Origin: Octopus vulgaris
Taxonomy: Eukaryota
NCBI GenBank assembly: GCA_951406725.2
Contig: OX597827.1
Location: forward strand, 11,036,001-11,100,000
Length of the DNA: 64,000 nucleotides
Direction: 5' to 3'
The notes beneath the pieces are model-generated. The model had not been told where the DNA came from. It made no database searches and worked only from the letters and a program-made list of their open reading frames with translations. Position numbers and translations under genes: made by a program. Of this stretch, positions 39,018-52,896 are shown in pieces; the stretch's first letter is position 1; every line of letters begins with the position of its first letter.

Positions 39018-39249
39018 CAGTGGTGAGTTGGCAGAAACGTTAGCATGCCAGGCGAAATGCATAGCCGTATTTCGTCTGCAGTTACGTTCTGAGTTCAAAT
39101 TCCGTCGAGGTCGACTTTGCCTTTCATCCTTTCGGGGTCGATAAATAAAGTACCAGTTACGCACTGGGGTCGATGTAATCGACCTAATCCGTTTGTCTTT
39201 CCTTGTTTGTCCCCTCTATGTTTAGCCCCTTGTGGGCAGTAAAGAAATA
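39018..39249 (+). mobile_element. SINE-C monomer
   Basis: Family match. Confidence 0.85.
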
Positions 39250-39277
39250 CATATATATATATATATACACACACACA

Positions 39278-40173
39278 TGAGGTCTGATCAATAAGTATCC
39301 GGACTGTTGCCATAGTAACAAAACTAAAGCATGTAGAGTGAAGCTGCTCAGCAAAGATTGACCTTGACCTCTGCTGTGCATGTGCACAAACTTTTAACAT
39401 TCTAGCTCACTTCCACTGTTTACGGCAGTGCTTGGAAGGAAGGTGTGTAGCATGTGATCATCACGTTGGCCATGACAGAGAAAGTTGTCATGGCAATACC
39501 TGCTCAGAGACCTACGCAAGGTTGCAGAAAGTGTATGGAGAGGAGTGTATGAGTTGCACACAAGTGTGTGAGTGGTTCAGACATTTCTAAGATGACCGGA
39601 AAAATGTTGATATTGACAAAAGTTCTGGGAGACCTGCAACTGGTAGAATTGAGAAAAACATCACAGATGTGTATGCAGCTGTGAGCAGAAATAGTCAAAT
39701 CACCATCTGTGAGTTATTAGGGGATGTGCAAATTAGTTACGATTCAGTTCAGTCAATTATTACTGAAGATTTGGGTATGAAACGTGTGTCTGCCTAATTT
39801 GTGCCAAAGCATTTTTCAGCTGATCAAAAAGACACTAGGGTTTCAGTTGCACAAAATCTCCTTGATTGTGCCGAGAATGATGAAAACTTTTTGAAAACTT
39901 TGCATAAGCCTCTGAGCAGACATCAACAAGCTTTTGGCAAAATTTGATTCAGATTCTCTGCTCAACATTTTCTGGTCATGGTCAATGCGATGATCACACG
40001 CTACACACTTTCCTTTCAAGCATTGTTGTAAGCAGCAGAAGTGAGCTAGAATGGTAAAACTTCGTGTGCATGCACAGCAGAGTTCAAGGTCAATCTTTGC
40101 TAAGTAGCTTCACCGTATGAGCTTTAGCTTTGTTACTATGGCAACAGTCCAGATACTTATTGATCAGACCACG
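39278..40173 (+). mobile_element. Non-autonomous mariner with ~195-bp TIRs and transposase DNA-binding-domain remnant
   Basis: GAGGTCTGATCAATAAGTATCCGGACTGTTGCC../..GGCAACAGTCCAGATACTTATTGATCAGACCACG|TA; internal ETYARLQKVYGEECMS..EWF..SGRP..IITEDLGMKRVSA*FVPK; no DDE domain. Confidence 0.9.
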
Positions 40174-40176
40174 TAC

Positions 40177-40209
<33 letters not shown>

Positions 40210-40400
40210 ATATTAAAGTAGAAGAAATAGCTAACACTTTTTGGCAAATCAAACTATTTCATAAACCAATACATAGAAATAAAATCTTTAATGAACCCTA
40301 ATTATTTAGTTTAATATATATATTTATACTATAAAATTAGATTTCATCCTAAATCTACTTTTTCCCTGATTACGTCTTAATTTATTAATTTTATCTTTGT

Positions 40401-40458
<58 letters not shown>

Positions 40459-40894
40459 CATATATGTAATATAGGTAATTAGAGTAAATCCCAGCTGTTT
40501 CTTCTTGAAGCATATCTGCTTATTCCATTATTACAATTCAGTACGTGGTCTCAATTGCTGCTGTATGTTACTCAAAATTCATATTAGAATCAAGAATTAT
40601 GGAAGTATTATTGCAGAATTATTGTATAGCAAAATGGGAAATCAAAAATTGCTTGGTTTTATTCACTCCCCATCACACATGTTTCATTTGCTAATAGGAA
40701 TTGCAAAGTTTTACATGTTAGATAGACATGTAAGAAATTTCTTATTAGAAATTCTTCGGACAGAGAAATATGCATACCTATACAGCATGTAAAACTTTAT
40801 AATACTTATTAGCAAATGAAACATGTATAATTGTGAATAAGTAATACCAAAAAATTCCAATTTCCTGTTTTGTTATAGGTGTATATATATATAT

Positions 40895-41180
40895 CACATG
40901 ACCGACCAGACCATCAGATGTTGTTACACATCGCTGGTCACAATGCGTTTGCATCGTTTTAGCCTTCAAATGATGCCACCCCGCTGGTTAAGCGAGCAGG
41001 CCAACAGAAGAAAGAGTGAGAGAAAGTTGTGGTGAAAGAGTACAGCAGGGATCACCATCCCCTGCCGGAGCCTCGTGGAGCTTTTACGTGTTTTTGCTCA
41101 ATAAACACTCACAACGCCCGGTCTGGGAATCGAAACCGCGATCCTATGACCGCGAGTCCACTGCCCTAAGCACTGGGCCA
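40895..41180 (-). mobile_element. SINE-B copy
   Basis: Head matches 59972; body matches 45770-46066. Confidence 0.85.
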
Positions 41181-41199
41181 TATATATATATATATGTAT

Positions 41200-41587
41200 A
41201 TCTTATTGTGTTTTGGGACAGTCATTATGCCAATAATAATAAATACATGCACTGGTTCAATATCAGTTCTTTATTGTTATTCAATTGGTTAAAGATCTAA
41301 CCACCTAACTAACTGATCATCTGTTTATTGAGTTGGTTAAACAGTCAATCAGTTGTTTGTTTGTCAAAGACCTACTGTTGCTATTCATGACCTCATCAAT
41401 GATATATCCTCGCTCTTCAGGGTCTGACAAACAAATGACTGACTGATTGTTTAACCAACACATTAAACATGCAATCAATTAGTTTGTTGGCAAGATATTT
41501 AAGTGATTGATTAAAAATAAAGAAGTGATATTGAATCAGTGCATGTGTTTATAACATTTGGCAAAATGGCCCTCCCAAGACAAGATT
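41200..41587. repeat. Long imperfect inverted repeat (foldback/MITE-like), ~170-bp arms
   Basis: e.g. CATGCACTGGTTCAATATCA / TGATATTGAATCAGTGCATG and GTTGGTTAAACA / TGTTTAACCAAC. Confidence 0.8.
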
Positions 41588-41664
41588 TTTCTCAATACAC
41601 AAATTCGCATAAAAAATCTTGCAAATCAAATATGGAAACAAAGTACATATATATACACACACAC

Positions 41665-41714
<50 letters not shown>

Positions 41715-41976
41715 CACAACTGTAAGCTGACACTTCATCAGGTAGATTGCTTTTAAAGTACTGCTGGATCATATTCAATTGTGGAAACTGAATGCTTGAA
41801 AAGCAACCTACCTGATGAAGTGCCGGTGCATAGTTGTTGCTGCATCACATCAATTATTTAATTGCCACCACATATTCCTAACATTACTTAACAACTGGTG
41901 ATGGTTTCTTTGTCCACATGACTTAGTAATTTAGCAGAAGAGACTGATAGAATAAGTACAATATATTTGTATAAAC

Positions 41977-42012
<36 letters not shown>

Positions 42013-42024
42013 TAGGAGTAGGAG

Positions 42025-42435
42025 GTGTAGGAGTGACTGTGTGGTAAGTAGCTTGCTTACCAACCACATGGTTCAAGGTTCAGTCCTGCTGCGTGGCACC
42101 TTGGACAAGTGTCTTCTACTATAGCCTTGGGCCGACCAAAGTCATGTGAGTGGTATTTGGTAGATGAAAACTGAAAGACACCCGTTGTATATATATATAT
42201 ATACACACAAATATGTGTATGTATATGTTTGTGTGTCTGTGTTCCCCCCCCAACATCACTTGACAATCGGTGCTGGTGTGTTTACGTCCCCATAACTTAG
42301 TGGTTCAGCAAGAGAAACCGATAGAATAAGTACTGGGCTTACAAAGAATAAGTCCCGGGGTCGATTTGCTCGAATAAAGGCGGTGCTCCAGCATGGCCGC
42401 AGTCAAATGACTGAACCAAATAAAAGAATAAAAGA
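42025..42435 (+). mobile_element. SINE-A, full length
   Basis: Family match. Confidence 0.9.
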
Positions 42436-42449
42436 ATATGTACATGCAT

Positions 42450-42718
42450 GTGTCTGTGTGTACTCTTGTCTAGACACCATTGTCATGCAAGCATACAAAC
42501 AAGGTTGTCCTTTGTTTCCAGTATAGCGCAAAAAATATGTTTGGCTGTCAGAAAAATATTACCTTGCTTGAAAACAGGGGAAAGTTGGCGACAGGAAGGG
42601 CATCTAGCTGTAGAAAATCTGTCTCTACACGCTCTGTCTGACTCATGCAAGCATGGGAAAGTGAACATTAAGTGACAATGATGACGACAACAATGACAAC
42701 GATGACGACGACGACGTC

Positions 42719-42779
<61 letters not shown>

Positions 42780-42923
42780 GTGATGATGGTGATGATGGTG
42801 ATGGTGATGATGGTGATGATGGTGATGGTGTTGATGATGATGAGGATGATGATGATGATGATGATGATGATGTGGATGATGATGATGTGGATGATGATGA
42901 TGATGGTGATGATGATGATGATG

Positions 42924-42956
<33 letters not shown>

Positions 42957-43078
42957 TGGATGATGACGACGATGATGATGATGATGATGATGGTGATGGT
43001 GATGATGATGGTGGTGATGGTGATGGTGATGATGATGGTGGTGATGGTGATGGTAATGATAATGGTGATGATGATGAG
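42450..43078 (+). repeat. Retroposon with RTE-type 3' end and tail expanded into ~400 bp (GAT/GGT)n
   Basis: Same terminus as at 29185-29215 precedes the repeat. Confidence 0.85.
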
Positions 43079-43583
43079 TAAGCGTGGCAAACATTAACAT
43101 CTTGGTAGAAAAACTTTTAAATACTCTGCTTTTTAAAAAAACAGTTTAAACTCATGGACTTGCCAATCCACAATTACGTTACAGATTTACATTAAAAATC
43201 ACCAGCCTTGAGTTTTCATTAGTCACTGATTAAATAATCAACCTATTTTATACCATTGTATTAGTTGAAACACTAATTGTGTTAACGGTAGATACAGCTT
43301 CCCTACTGTCTATTTGTAGGCATTGTTAAACTGAAGGAATAATTACGATATTCAAACTTTATTTACAATATTATAGTAATCAATAAGTGAGCCACTGAGA
43401 CGGGGGGGGGCGACATAGAGAGGATAGGGAAGAGGAAGGTCACTAAGTGGTTGATTGATCTGCAAGAAACAGCCATCAAATTTCACTTAAATCAAAACTC
43501 CGTCATTGAAAACAAGGTAGGCCACATTGGATAATACACATATATATATATACATACATACATATATATATATGCATACATAA

Positions 43584-43629
<46 letters not shown>

Positions 43630-43645
43630 AATATACATATATACA

Positions 43646-43684
<39 letters not shown>

Positions 43685-43937
43685 CTTACATATATATATG
43701 TATGTATATATACATATATATATACATTTATATATTTATATATATTTATATATATATATGTATGTATATATATATGCGGAGGTATATGTATATATATATA
43801 TTTATATATATATATATATATACATATACACACAGACATAAAGCCAGAAACATATGTACCGCTAAATCCTTTGCATCATTTTTTCTTTTGATAAATATAT
43901 ATATATTATATATATATGTATGTATATATATATATGT

Positions 43938-44003
<66 letters not shown>

Positions 44004-44240
44004 GCTTGAATATCAGATGGGATGGTCAGGAACTGGAATGCAGTTCAGAAGAGTGTAAGTATGATCAGGGTCAGGACAGACCTGGGGCTAAACAAAGACA
44101 ATAATAACAGTAACAAAAAGTGATCAATAATAATAATAATAATGTTATGAAATATGGAATAAATAATTAGCAGCACCTTATTAAACGAACAGTCATATTG
44201 TGACGGCTGATGATGATGATGCAAATGGTAAGAGTGCTGA

Positions 44241-44500
44241 TGGTGGTGGTGGTGGTGGTGGTGGTGGTGGTGGTGGTGGTGGTGGTGGTGGTGGTGGTGG
44301 TGGTGGTGGTGGTGGTGGTGGTGGTGGTGGTGGTGGTGGTGGTGGTGGCAGTGGCGGTGGTGGTGGTGGTGGTGGTGGCGGCGGCGGCGGCGGGGGTGGT
44401 GGTGGCGGTGGTGGTGGTGGTGGTGGTGGTGGTGGTGGTGGTAGTGGTGGTGGTGGTGGTGGTGGTGGTGGTGGTGGTGGTGGTGGTGGTGGTGGTGGTG
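44241..44500. repeat. (GGT)n microsatellite
   Basis: Direct. Confidence 0.97.
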
Positions 44501-44898
44501 AAGACGATGAGGAAAATGATGATGACAGTTATGAATATATAATGAAATAACAAAAATGTAAGAAATATAATGAATAATGTAGGTGGCAGTTATTTTTTAC
44601 TGATAGAATTAAATGGAATTTTTATTCATTCAATTATGTCTGTGTGTGTGTGTGTGTGCATGTGTGAGAAAGTGAGCATGTGTGTGTAAATAGATAATTG
44701 GCTAGACAGATATATATATATATATATATATATATACATGCATACACATTCACACACACGCACACATATGCACACAAACACACACACATTTCTATGCCTA
44801 CATATATATATGTATATATGCAAATGTATTTGTATGTAGATATATATATATATGTATGTATGTGTATGTATGTATATCTATCTATCTATATATACATG

Positions 44899-44957
<59 letters not shown>

Positions 44958-45031
44958 ATATATACATATATATATATGTATATATATACATATATATATA
45001 TATATATGTATGTATATATATATATGTATAT

Positions 45032-45175
45032 GAAGGGCATCCAGCTATAGAAACTCTGCCAGATCAAGATTGGGGCCTGGTGCAGCCATCTGGTTCACCA
45101 GTCCTCAGTCAAATCGTCCAACCCATGCTAGCATGGAAAGCGGATGTTAAACGATGATGATGATGATGATGATGA
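45032..45175 (+). mobile_element. RTE LINE 3' terminus with (GAT)n tail
   Basis: Matches 7075-7222. Confidence 0.8.
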
Positions 45176-45696
45176 CATACATGTGTATATATATTTAAAT
45201 ATGTATTTTATTTTACATGTAGTTTGTACTGTGTAGATATTCTCCTTGTGAGCTCTTGCCCCGCAATCACAATGGTTTCGATATATTTCAACAGTATCAT
45301 TTCATTCAACACTGTGAAGTGACATTCACTTAAACAGGGAGTGTCCAGGTCGTTTTGGTCCACATTATAATGCATGCACTATACCGGCATTCATCCGTAC
45401 ACACATGCATCTAAATCCATATCTATATATATATGTTTATATATATATATATATATATTCATTTAGAGATATTAGGCTCCTTCATCCCACCATATGAAAG
45501 AAGGAATTTATGCAAGGTGGACTGACTACGTCCCAGGTAGGGATGTACGGGTATATATATATCCTCATTGAGAATAATTTGAATCCCTATGATGCCGGGA
45601 CTTTTATTCCCTAATAAATATAATTAAATAAAATATATATATATATGTATATATATGTGTGTGTGTGTGTGTGTGTATACATATATTTTTTTTTTT

Positions 45697-45739
<43 letters not shown>

Positions 45740-45769
45740 CATACATACATACACATATATATATATATA

Positions 45770-46065
45770 TCACCGTGACCGTGACTGTGACCGACCAGGC
45801 TATCAGATGTTGCTACACATCGCTGGTCACAATGCGCTTTGCATTGTTTTAGCCTTCAAATGACGCCACCCCGCTGGCTAAGTGAGCAGGCCAACAGAAG
45901 AAAGAGTGAGAGAAAGTTGTGGCAAAGAGTACAGCAGGGATCGCCCCCCCCTGCCGGACCCTCGTGGAGCTTTAGGTGTTTTCGCTCAATAAACACTCAC
46001 AACGCCCAGTCTGGGAATCAAAACCGCGAGTCCGCTGCCCTAACCACTGGGCCATTGCGCCTCCC

Positions 46066-46134
<69 letters not shown>

Positions 46135-46270
46135 GGGAGGCGCAATGGCCCAGTGGTTAGGGCAGCGGACTGCAGTTTTGATTCCCAGACTGGGCGTTAT
46201 GGGTGTTTATTGAGCGAAAACACCTAAAGCTCCACGAGGGTCCAGCAGGGGTGGTGGGATCTCTGCTGTA
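45770..46270. mobile_element. Two SINE-B copies head-to-head (45770-46066 minus; 46135-46270 plus)
   Basis: GGAGGCGCAATGGCCCAGTGGTTAGGGCAGCGGACT on both strands, separated by (TA)n. Confidence 0.85.
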
Positions 46271-46301
46271 CCCATATATATATATATGTATTATATATAT
46301 A

Positions 46302-46404
<103 letters not shown>

Positions 46405-47068
46405 GGCATTATGTCTGTGTTTACGTATAATATATGTGCATTAAATTATGCACAGACATTCCACATTTGGAAAAAAAAACAGAGAGAGAAACTAGCCAGA
46501 CAATACAAGTAACATTCCATCTCTCTCTTTCCCTCCCTCCTCTCTCTTCCACTCTCTCTCTCTCTCTCTCTTAATCTTTCTTTCTCACTCTAACTACCTA
46601 TAATGGAAGTGTCAATCAATAGTTAGTTTCTCACCTGATGATGCACTAAATACTTAACAGTAATCAGCATGATTTACATGAAGTCGGAGCTCTTTGATAA
46701 TCTGATCCTCTCTCTCTCTCTCTCTCTCTTTCTCGACACACACACACATATATATGTATTATATGCATGCAAACACACAAACAAGCACACACATATACAC
46801 ATACACATACACACACATACACTCACACACACTCACATACAAACACATATATATATGCACATGCATACATACATTTGTGTGTGTGTGTGTGTGTGTGTGT
46901 GTTAGTATATTATTAACATCAGAAGAATTTTATAAACTTTTGAAAGAATGTAGAATTGATTGTCGAAATATAAACAAAGCTTTATGCGTTTTGAGAACCA
47001 ATTCTCAAAAAGAATTAATCCATATATCAGTATATATATAAATGTGTTTATGTATTTATACATACATT

Positions 47069-47105
<37 letters not shown>

Positions 47106-48028
47106 ATGTATATATATGTATATATATGTGTATATATGTATATATATGTATATGTATATATATATATGCATGTATATATATATGTATATGTTCATATATC
47201 TATATATATATATGTATATTTATGCGTCTGTGTATATTTGCATGCATACAAATTATTATAAATATATATATGTATGTATATATATATATATAGGTATATG
47301 CATACACACACACAGATGTCTATGAATATATGTTTATATGTAGATATATATATATATATATATACATCTGGCATTCGGTCAGTTACAACAACAATGCCTT
47401 CAGTTGTTGAATCAATGGAAGAGCCTACCCATGAAATTAATATGGAAGTGGCTGAGCAGTTCATAGACATATATATGTGTGTGTGTGTGTGTGTGTGTTT
47501 ACACACACACATATGTATATACTTGAAGAAAGTTTCCTTAAATTGAAAATTACTACATATATTAAAATAACTTAAAAATATGTAAAGTGACATGCACCTT
47601 TGAGAAGGAAGTTATCATATCGTGTAGAAGTGCTTTTGCTGCTTACAGCTCTTCAAACACACATGCTATGAATGAAACATTCTGTAAGTTGTTGGTGTCT
47701 CTTGAAATAAAATATATTTAGTCATGTGAATGTATGTGTGTATGTATGAATGTATGTAAACATGCATAGTGTTTATGAAATTATACTGAAAGATGTAAAG
47801 ACATAAAGAAGTACAAAACCAAATTGTGGCTTTCTCATAAAATAACTCTATACAGCATTTATTCAACCTGAGTTGCAGAGACAGCCCCTCATCACTGTCA
47901 TTGACACCAATACAACCAATCAGTAATTGGTCAGCTATAGACCTGTAGCCAGCAGTGCTGTTATGCTGTTATTTACCTAGTGTATTGTAAAATAACTAAA
48001 AACAATACAACACACATTTCTAATTAAT

Positions 48029-48252
48029 TTAACCCTTTAGCATTTAAACTGGACATATCAGGCCTAGATATTCAATGTTTTACATTCATACCAATCAGAT
48101 TCAGCTTCTCACACCTACCCTACAATGCCATTCTAAAAATATGCAATCACATCATTGAAATCTCAAAGCTACGAGATAATGTATGATTAATTCAAATCAA
48201 TTTGAATAAATAAGCATTATATTTGAATATATATATGAATCCTAAAGGGTCA
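48029..48252. mobile_element. piggyBac-like MITE
   Basis: TTAA-CCCTTTAG ... CTAAAGGG ends; related to 19892-20116. Confidence 0.6.
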
Positions 48253-48582
48253 TTCATGCGAAAGATGATTGATATGTTTTTCTGTCTCTAGCTCCCTTTT
48301 CTTTTTATAATGATTTGTGAGGATTCTTGAAGGAACCATGGCTGTTTTACAAATATCATATATTATATTTCATGAAACATTTTGTACAAGACTATAAGAA
48401 AAACATTTAAGTTATTAATTTCAAAATATATACTTTGAAACTAACTTCTTTTAATACTATGGATAGAAAAGCAACCATCAACTTCTTTACGAGTTCTTTT
48501 CTGGAAAAAACATTCAGCTTTGATAATTTGTGTTCTCTTTTGCTTCATCCTTGAAATAATTCTATATAAGTCCACAAATAAT

Positions 48583-48866
48583 TGGTATTGGTATTGGCAT
48601 CCTTTCTGTCTCAGGAGACAATGGAGTTGTGCATGAAGTAGTCTAGTCCAGCTTTTATATTTCATGTCCTGATACATTTCCTGCTGTGGCTGTGTAGTCC
48701 TATCCTGGACAAACACTCCCTCTGGCAGGTACCGCAAATGTAGCGAAGAATGTTCCTGGCTGGTTGTAGTGCCATAGTCTCTTGTTTACGTCTCTTCCTT
48801 TCTTTCCATTTCTCTTCTCTCTCTCTGTCACTCCTTTGTATTCCCTCTTTTACTGTATGTCACCAT
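48583..48866 (-). mobile_element. RTE (BovB-like) LINE 3' end with C-terminal zinc finger and (CCAATA)n tail
   Basis: W*HTVKEGIQRSDREREEKWKERKRRKQE..YICGTCQRECLSRIGLHSHSRKC..* (stop at 48662-48664). Confidence 0.9.
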
Positions 48867-48869
48867 TCT

Positions 48870-49175
48870 CAACTAAAAGTCAAGAAAACACCAGTTCTGC
48901 GGTTGGCAAGCTGGAATGTCAGGACCATGTGTCCTGGAATATCTGATGATCTTCTCAGGATTGAAGACACAAGGAAAACGGCCATCATTGACCGTGAACT
49001 AAAGAGGCTCAACATAGATATTGCTGGGCTGCAGGAGACAAGACTTCCCTCAAACGGCAAACTCAAAGAGCAGGATTTCACCTTCTTTTGGCAGGGAAGA
49101 GATCCAGAAGAACCTCGTCAACATGGCGTTAGCTTTGCAGTGAGAAACTCACTACTCTCCTCAATAGAACCACCA
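48870..49175 (+). mobile_element. RTE LINE APE-endonuclease N-terminal fragment (inverted 5' part of the same insertion)
   Basis: LRLASWNVRTM..RELKRLNIDIAGLQETRL..FFWQG..HGVSFAVRNSL. Confidence 0.9.
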
Positions 49176-49573
49176 CAAATAATACGCTAGTATGTATTAC
49201 ACATGTCTCAATTTTGGGGCCTGCTGTGGCTTGTTGAATGGAGAGGTTCTTAGCAATGAGAAATAAGTTAAATAAAAGTAAACACAACTTTGAGCAACTT
49301 TATAAGCAACACAGAAGTTTACATAAGTGAGAAGAGGAGATTTTCCTGCAAGAACTTATTCTTACTTTTAATAATAACATATGTTTTCAATAGTTCGTTG
49401 TTTTGGTTACCTCATTTTCTATTTAATTCTTGGCTTCCAGTGCAGGAGTACGAAATGCTCAATCCAAAACATTGATAATTCAAATTTACATGACAAGATG
49501 ACTACCAGTAAACTGCTTCACTCAAAAACAGGTAGCAATTTTAATGGCATACTTCTTTTGTTATACTCTAGAC

Positions 49574-49792
49574 CAGTGGTTTTTAACCAGGATTCTGCAG
49601 AACCTTAGGATTCCACCAGCACAGTGCAGGGGTTCTGCAAGAAGTTACAAAACTGCTAAAATTGGCAGTAATTTTTAAGTCTCCTGTGCAGATATGTGTG
49701 CATAAGACTATTAAATTATTGCACAGGGGTTCCTTGAGCCAGTGGAATGTTTCCTTGGGGTTCCGCTCCAGCAAAAAGTTTTAAAAGCACTG
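49574..49792. mobile_element. hAT (Charlie-type) MITE with 8-bp TSD CTCTAGAC
   Basis: CAGTGGTTTTTAAC / GTTTTAAAAGCACTG termini; CTCTAGAC at 49566-49573 and 49793-49800. Confidence 0.88.
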
Positions 49793-50492
49793 CTCTAGAC
49801 TCTGATCTTTCTGACAGAGCTTAAATTCTCTTGAAATTCTATTAATATCATGTATAACACACATCTAGATTCCAGAGCCTAAATTGTCCTCAAACTCTTA
49901 AATATCATGTATAACATGTTGTGTCACCCAACTGCTACATGAGTAGGAAAGCTACTATGAACCAATTTCATCATCATCGATTTACATCTGCTTTCCATGC
50001 TAGCATGGGTTGGACGGTTTAACTGAGAGCTGGAGAGCCAGATGGCTGCACCAGGCTCCAAATTGTTTTATTATTTATTTTTATATTTCAGTTGTAAACA
50101 AGGTGGTGAGCTGGCAAGGTGGTGAGCTGACCATCCATCTTTATGTTTTGGGTTCAAGTTTGGCTGAGGTCAGCTTTGCCTTTCATCATTTTGGGGCCGA
50201 TAAATTAAGTACCAGTCAAGTACCAGGGTCAATGTGATTGACTTTCCCCCTCCTCCAGAATTTCAGGCCTTGTGCCTATAGTGGAAAGTCCTGGGGTCGA
50301 TTTGTTTGACTAAAGGCAGTGCTCCAGCATGGCTGCAGTCAAATGACTGAAACAACTAAAAGAATAAGAGAATAAAAGAATACATATTTGAGTGTGACTA
50401 TATGTATATGTATGTATACACACACATGTATATGTATGTATATATATATATACACGAAACCCATGCCAGAATGGAAGACAGATGACGACGAC

Positions 50493-50530
<38 letters not shown>

Positions 50531-51633
50531 CGTTGATAATGATGATGATGATAATGATGATACACACAAACACACACACACTCACACACACACACAAACA
50601 CACACACGCACATGCACACATACATATATGTGCAGTTTTTAATCTACCAGATGCCTAAATTCCATTCACAAATCATTGAAAGACCTAAGGCTATGCATGA
50701 TAAATAAAAGACTTTTATTTTGGATATCGCACAGTAGAATTGAACCCAGAACCATCAGAATCACATGGCTGTGATACAGACTTTTTTTTATTCACACAGA
50801 CAGACACGATTGCACTTATTTCACTATTTGCAGTCAATGACGTTCTTACTTTCTTTCATTCTTTTCATTGTCTCTTTCTTTCATTCATTCATTCATTCTT
50901 TCCTTCTTTCTTTTTTTTCTTTTAGTGGTAAATTCCATTTTATGTAATCAATCAATCAACAATAGAGTGCATAAGATGTTGCAATATCTTTGCAGACTAG
51001 TAATGCACTTGCATTTATAACACTCCAAGAGATATACAAGAGACAATGAACTTGAGTAATTATCTGCATCGAGAGATTGGAAGCAATAGATAAGTCTTGC
51101 TATCTAAGACACTTGATTAATGCAGTAACCAAGGACAGTTTAGTCTCTAGGGTTTGCTGTGAATGGAAGAATCTTAGATAACCAGCATTATAAGATGGCA
51201 ATGAGGAGCTCTCTCCACATACAAAAGTAATATCGAGTGGTACTAAACTATGGTATGGATTGGTAGGGAAAGTAGTGCATCTGAAGAATTTGAAATGGAA
51301 TGAGATTATTATGATTTGCATGATCTATATTCTTATTTATTAATATTTAAGAAGCACTCGTAAATGCATGCATACATACGCATGCACGTACATACGCATG
51401 CACATACATACGCACACAAGTCCATGTACACATAATGTGTTCGTGTGTGTGTGTGTGTGTGTGTGTTTTAGTCTGCATATGATGAAAAGAAAACTCGAAA
51501 TTAATGTGATAAGGAGCAAGCGACGCAGCAGATATGAAGGAGAGCACGGTTGATGAGAACTGTTTAAATTAGAAATAATTAGAAGGAAAGCAAACCGGGG
51601 GGGGGGAGAAAGGAAAAAAAAATATAAGTAGAG

Positions 51634-51689
51634 TGACCTCAGTTGACCTCCTTTGACCTAAGATGACCTAAGTTGACCTAAGTTGACCC
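51634..51689. promoter_or_regulatory. Array of six TGACC(T/C) nuclear-receptor half-sites at 10-bp period (tandem DR4)
   Basis: Half-sites start at 51634, 51644, 51654, 51664, 51674 and 51684; spacers vary (CAGT, CCTT, AAGA, AAGT, AAGT). Confidence 0.5.
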
Positions 51690-52414
51690 AAGAGTGTTTT
51701 ATCTAAGAAAAGAGTCTAAATAGAGAATAGAAAAAGGAAGAAAAAAAAAAGAAAGAAATAAATAAAAAAGAATAGAAGGAGATTTGACAGTGAAGATCTA
51801 ACTGAAGATATGTGAAGAGAAGAAGAATCTACTGTTGAAATGAAAGAAGAATTACATAATGCAAGCCAGCTAGGAAGATGGGAATTCACAGGTCTTGAAG
51901 GTCTTCAGGCATAGGGGAAGGAATTATTGATGAAATGCTCAACAAAATAAACATAGTAAGGAAATATACCCAGAGATGATACCTGCTGCATGGAGTATTA
52001 ATATCGAAGTGTGTGCTATAGAAATTAGTCATTTATATATTTCCATCTTCTCCTGACCTGTTTGCAACTGTTATGTGGTTGCTCAACCTTGTGCTTAGAA
52101 ATAGCAGCTAAATAATCCTTCAAATTGCACTCTACTGACTTGAATAAAAAAAAAAGGAAGAACACATTGGGTAATGTAGCACTACATATATTATACTTTA
52201 TCAAATGCAAAAAAAACTTTGGGGATGGTCATGGTTGGAACATTGTTGATCATAAACCTTCTTGATCACAGCTGAATTGAGTGCTTAAAAGCAACAACCT
52301 CTACTACATGACTGTACTGGGACTGAACCTGAAACCATGTAGTTGCAAGGCAAGCTTCTTAACTACATAGCCAGGCCTGCACCTATAAACAGCTACGCAT
52401 GGATATGTTACAAT

Positions 52415-52648
52415 TTCTATTTCTTTACTACTTACCAGGGGCTAAACACAGACAGGACAAACAGAGACAGACAAACGGATTAAGTCGATTATATCGACAC
52501 CAGTGTGTAACTGGTACTTATTTAATCGACCCCGAAAGGATGAAAGGCAAAGTTGACCTCAGCGGAATTTGAACTCAGAACGTAGCGACAGACGAAATAC
52601 TGCCGAGCATTTTGCCCGGCGTGCTAATGTTTCTGCCAGCTTGTCGCT
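52415..52648 (-). mobile_element. SINE-C monomer
   Basis: Family match. Confidence 0.82.
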
Positions 52649-52896
52649 TTTGATGTGTTACAATTTCATTTAACCTTTTCTAAAGAATCTGGTGCCTACA
52701 ATAGTCATGCTCCATATAATGATTGTTATGTATGTCACAAGTGTTAACAAACCAATACTGTTTCCATAATAACTTTGAATTTTCATACTATGTCCTGGAT
52801 TTCACATGAAGTTTTATCTGTGAAATAAATTATATGAAACAAAATTTGTGCTCAATTGATAAGAAGTTGTGTAATTTCTTCAAAAATATTTTGACT

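Noticed and set aside
44241-44500. G-quadruplex or glycine-rich protein
   Set aside because: Simple (GGT)n tract with no exon boundaries.
49441-49531. Possible internal phase-0 exon CRSTKCSIQNIDNSNLHDKMTTSKLLHSKT
   Set aside because: Acceptor is plausible but the donor GTAGCA is weak and the peptide is unrecognisable.
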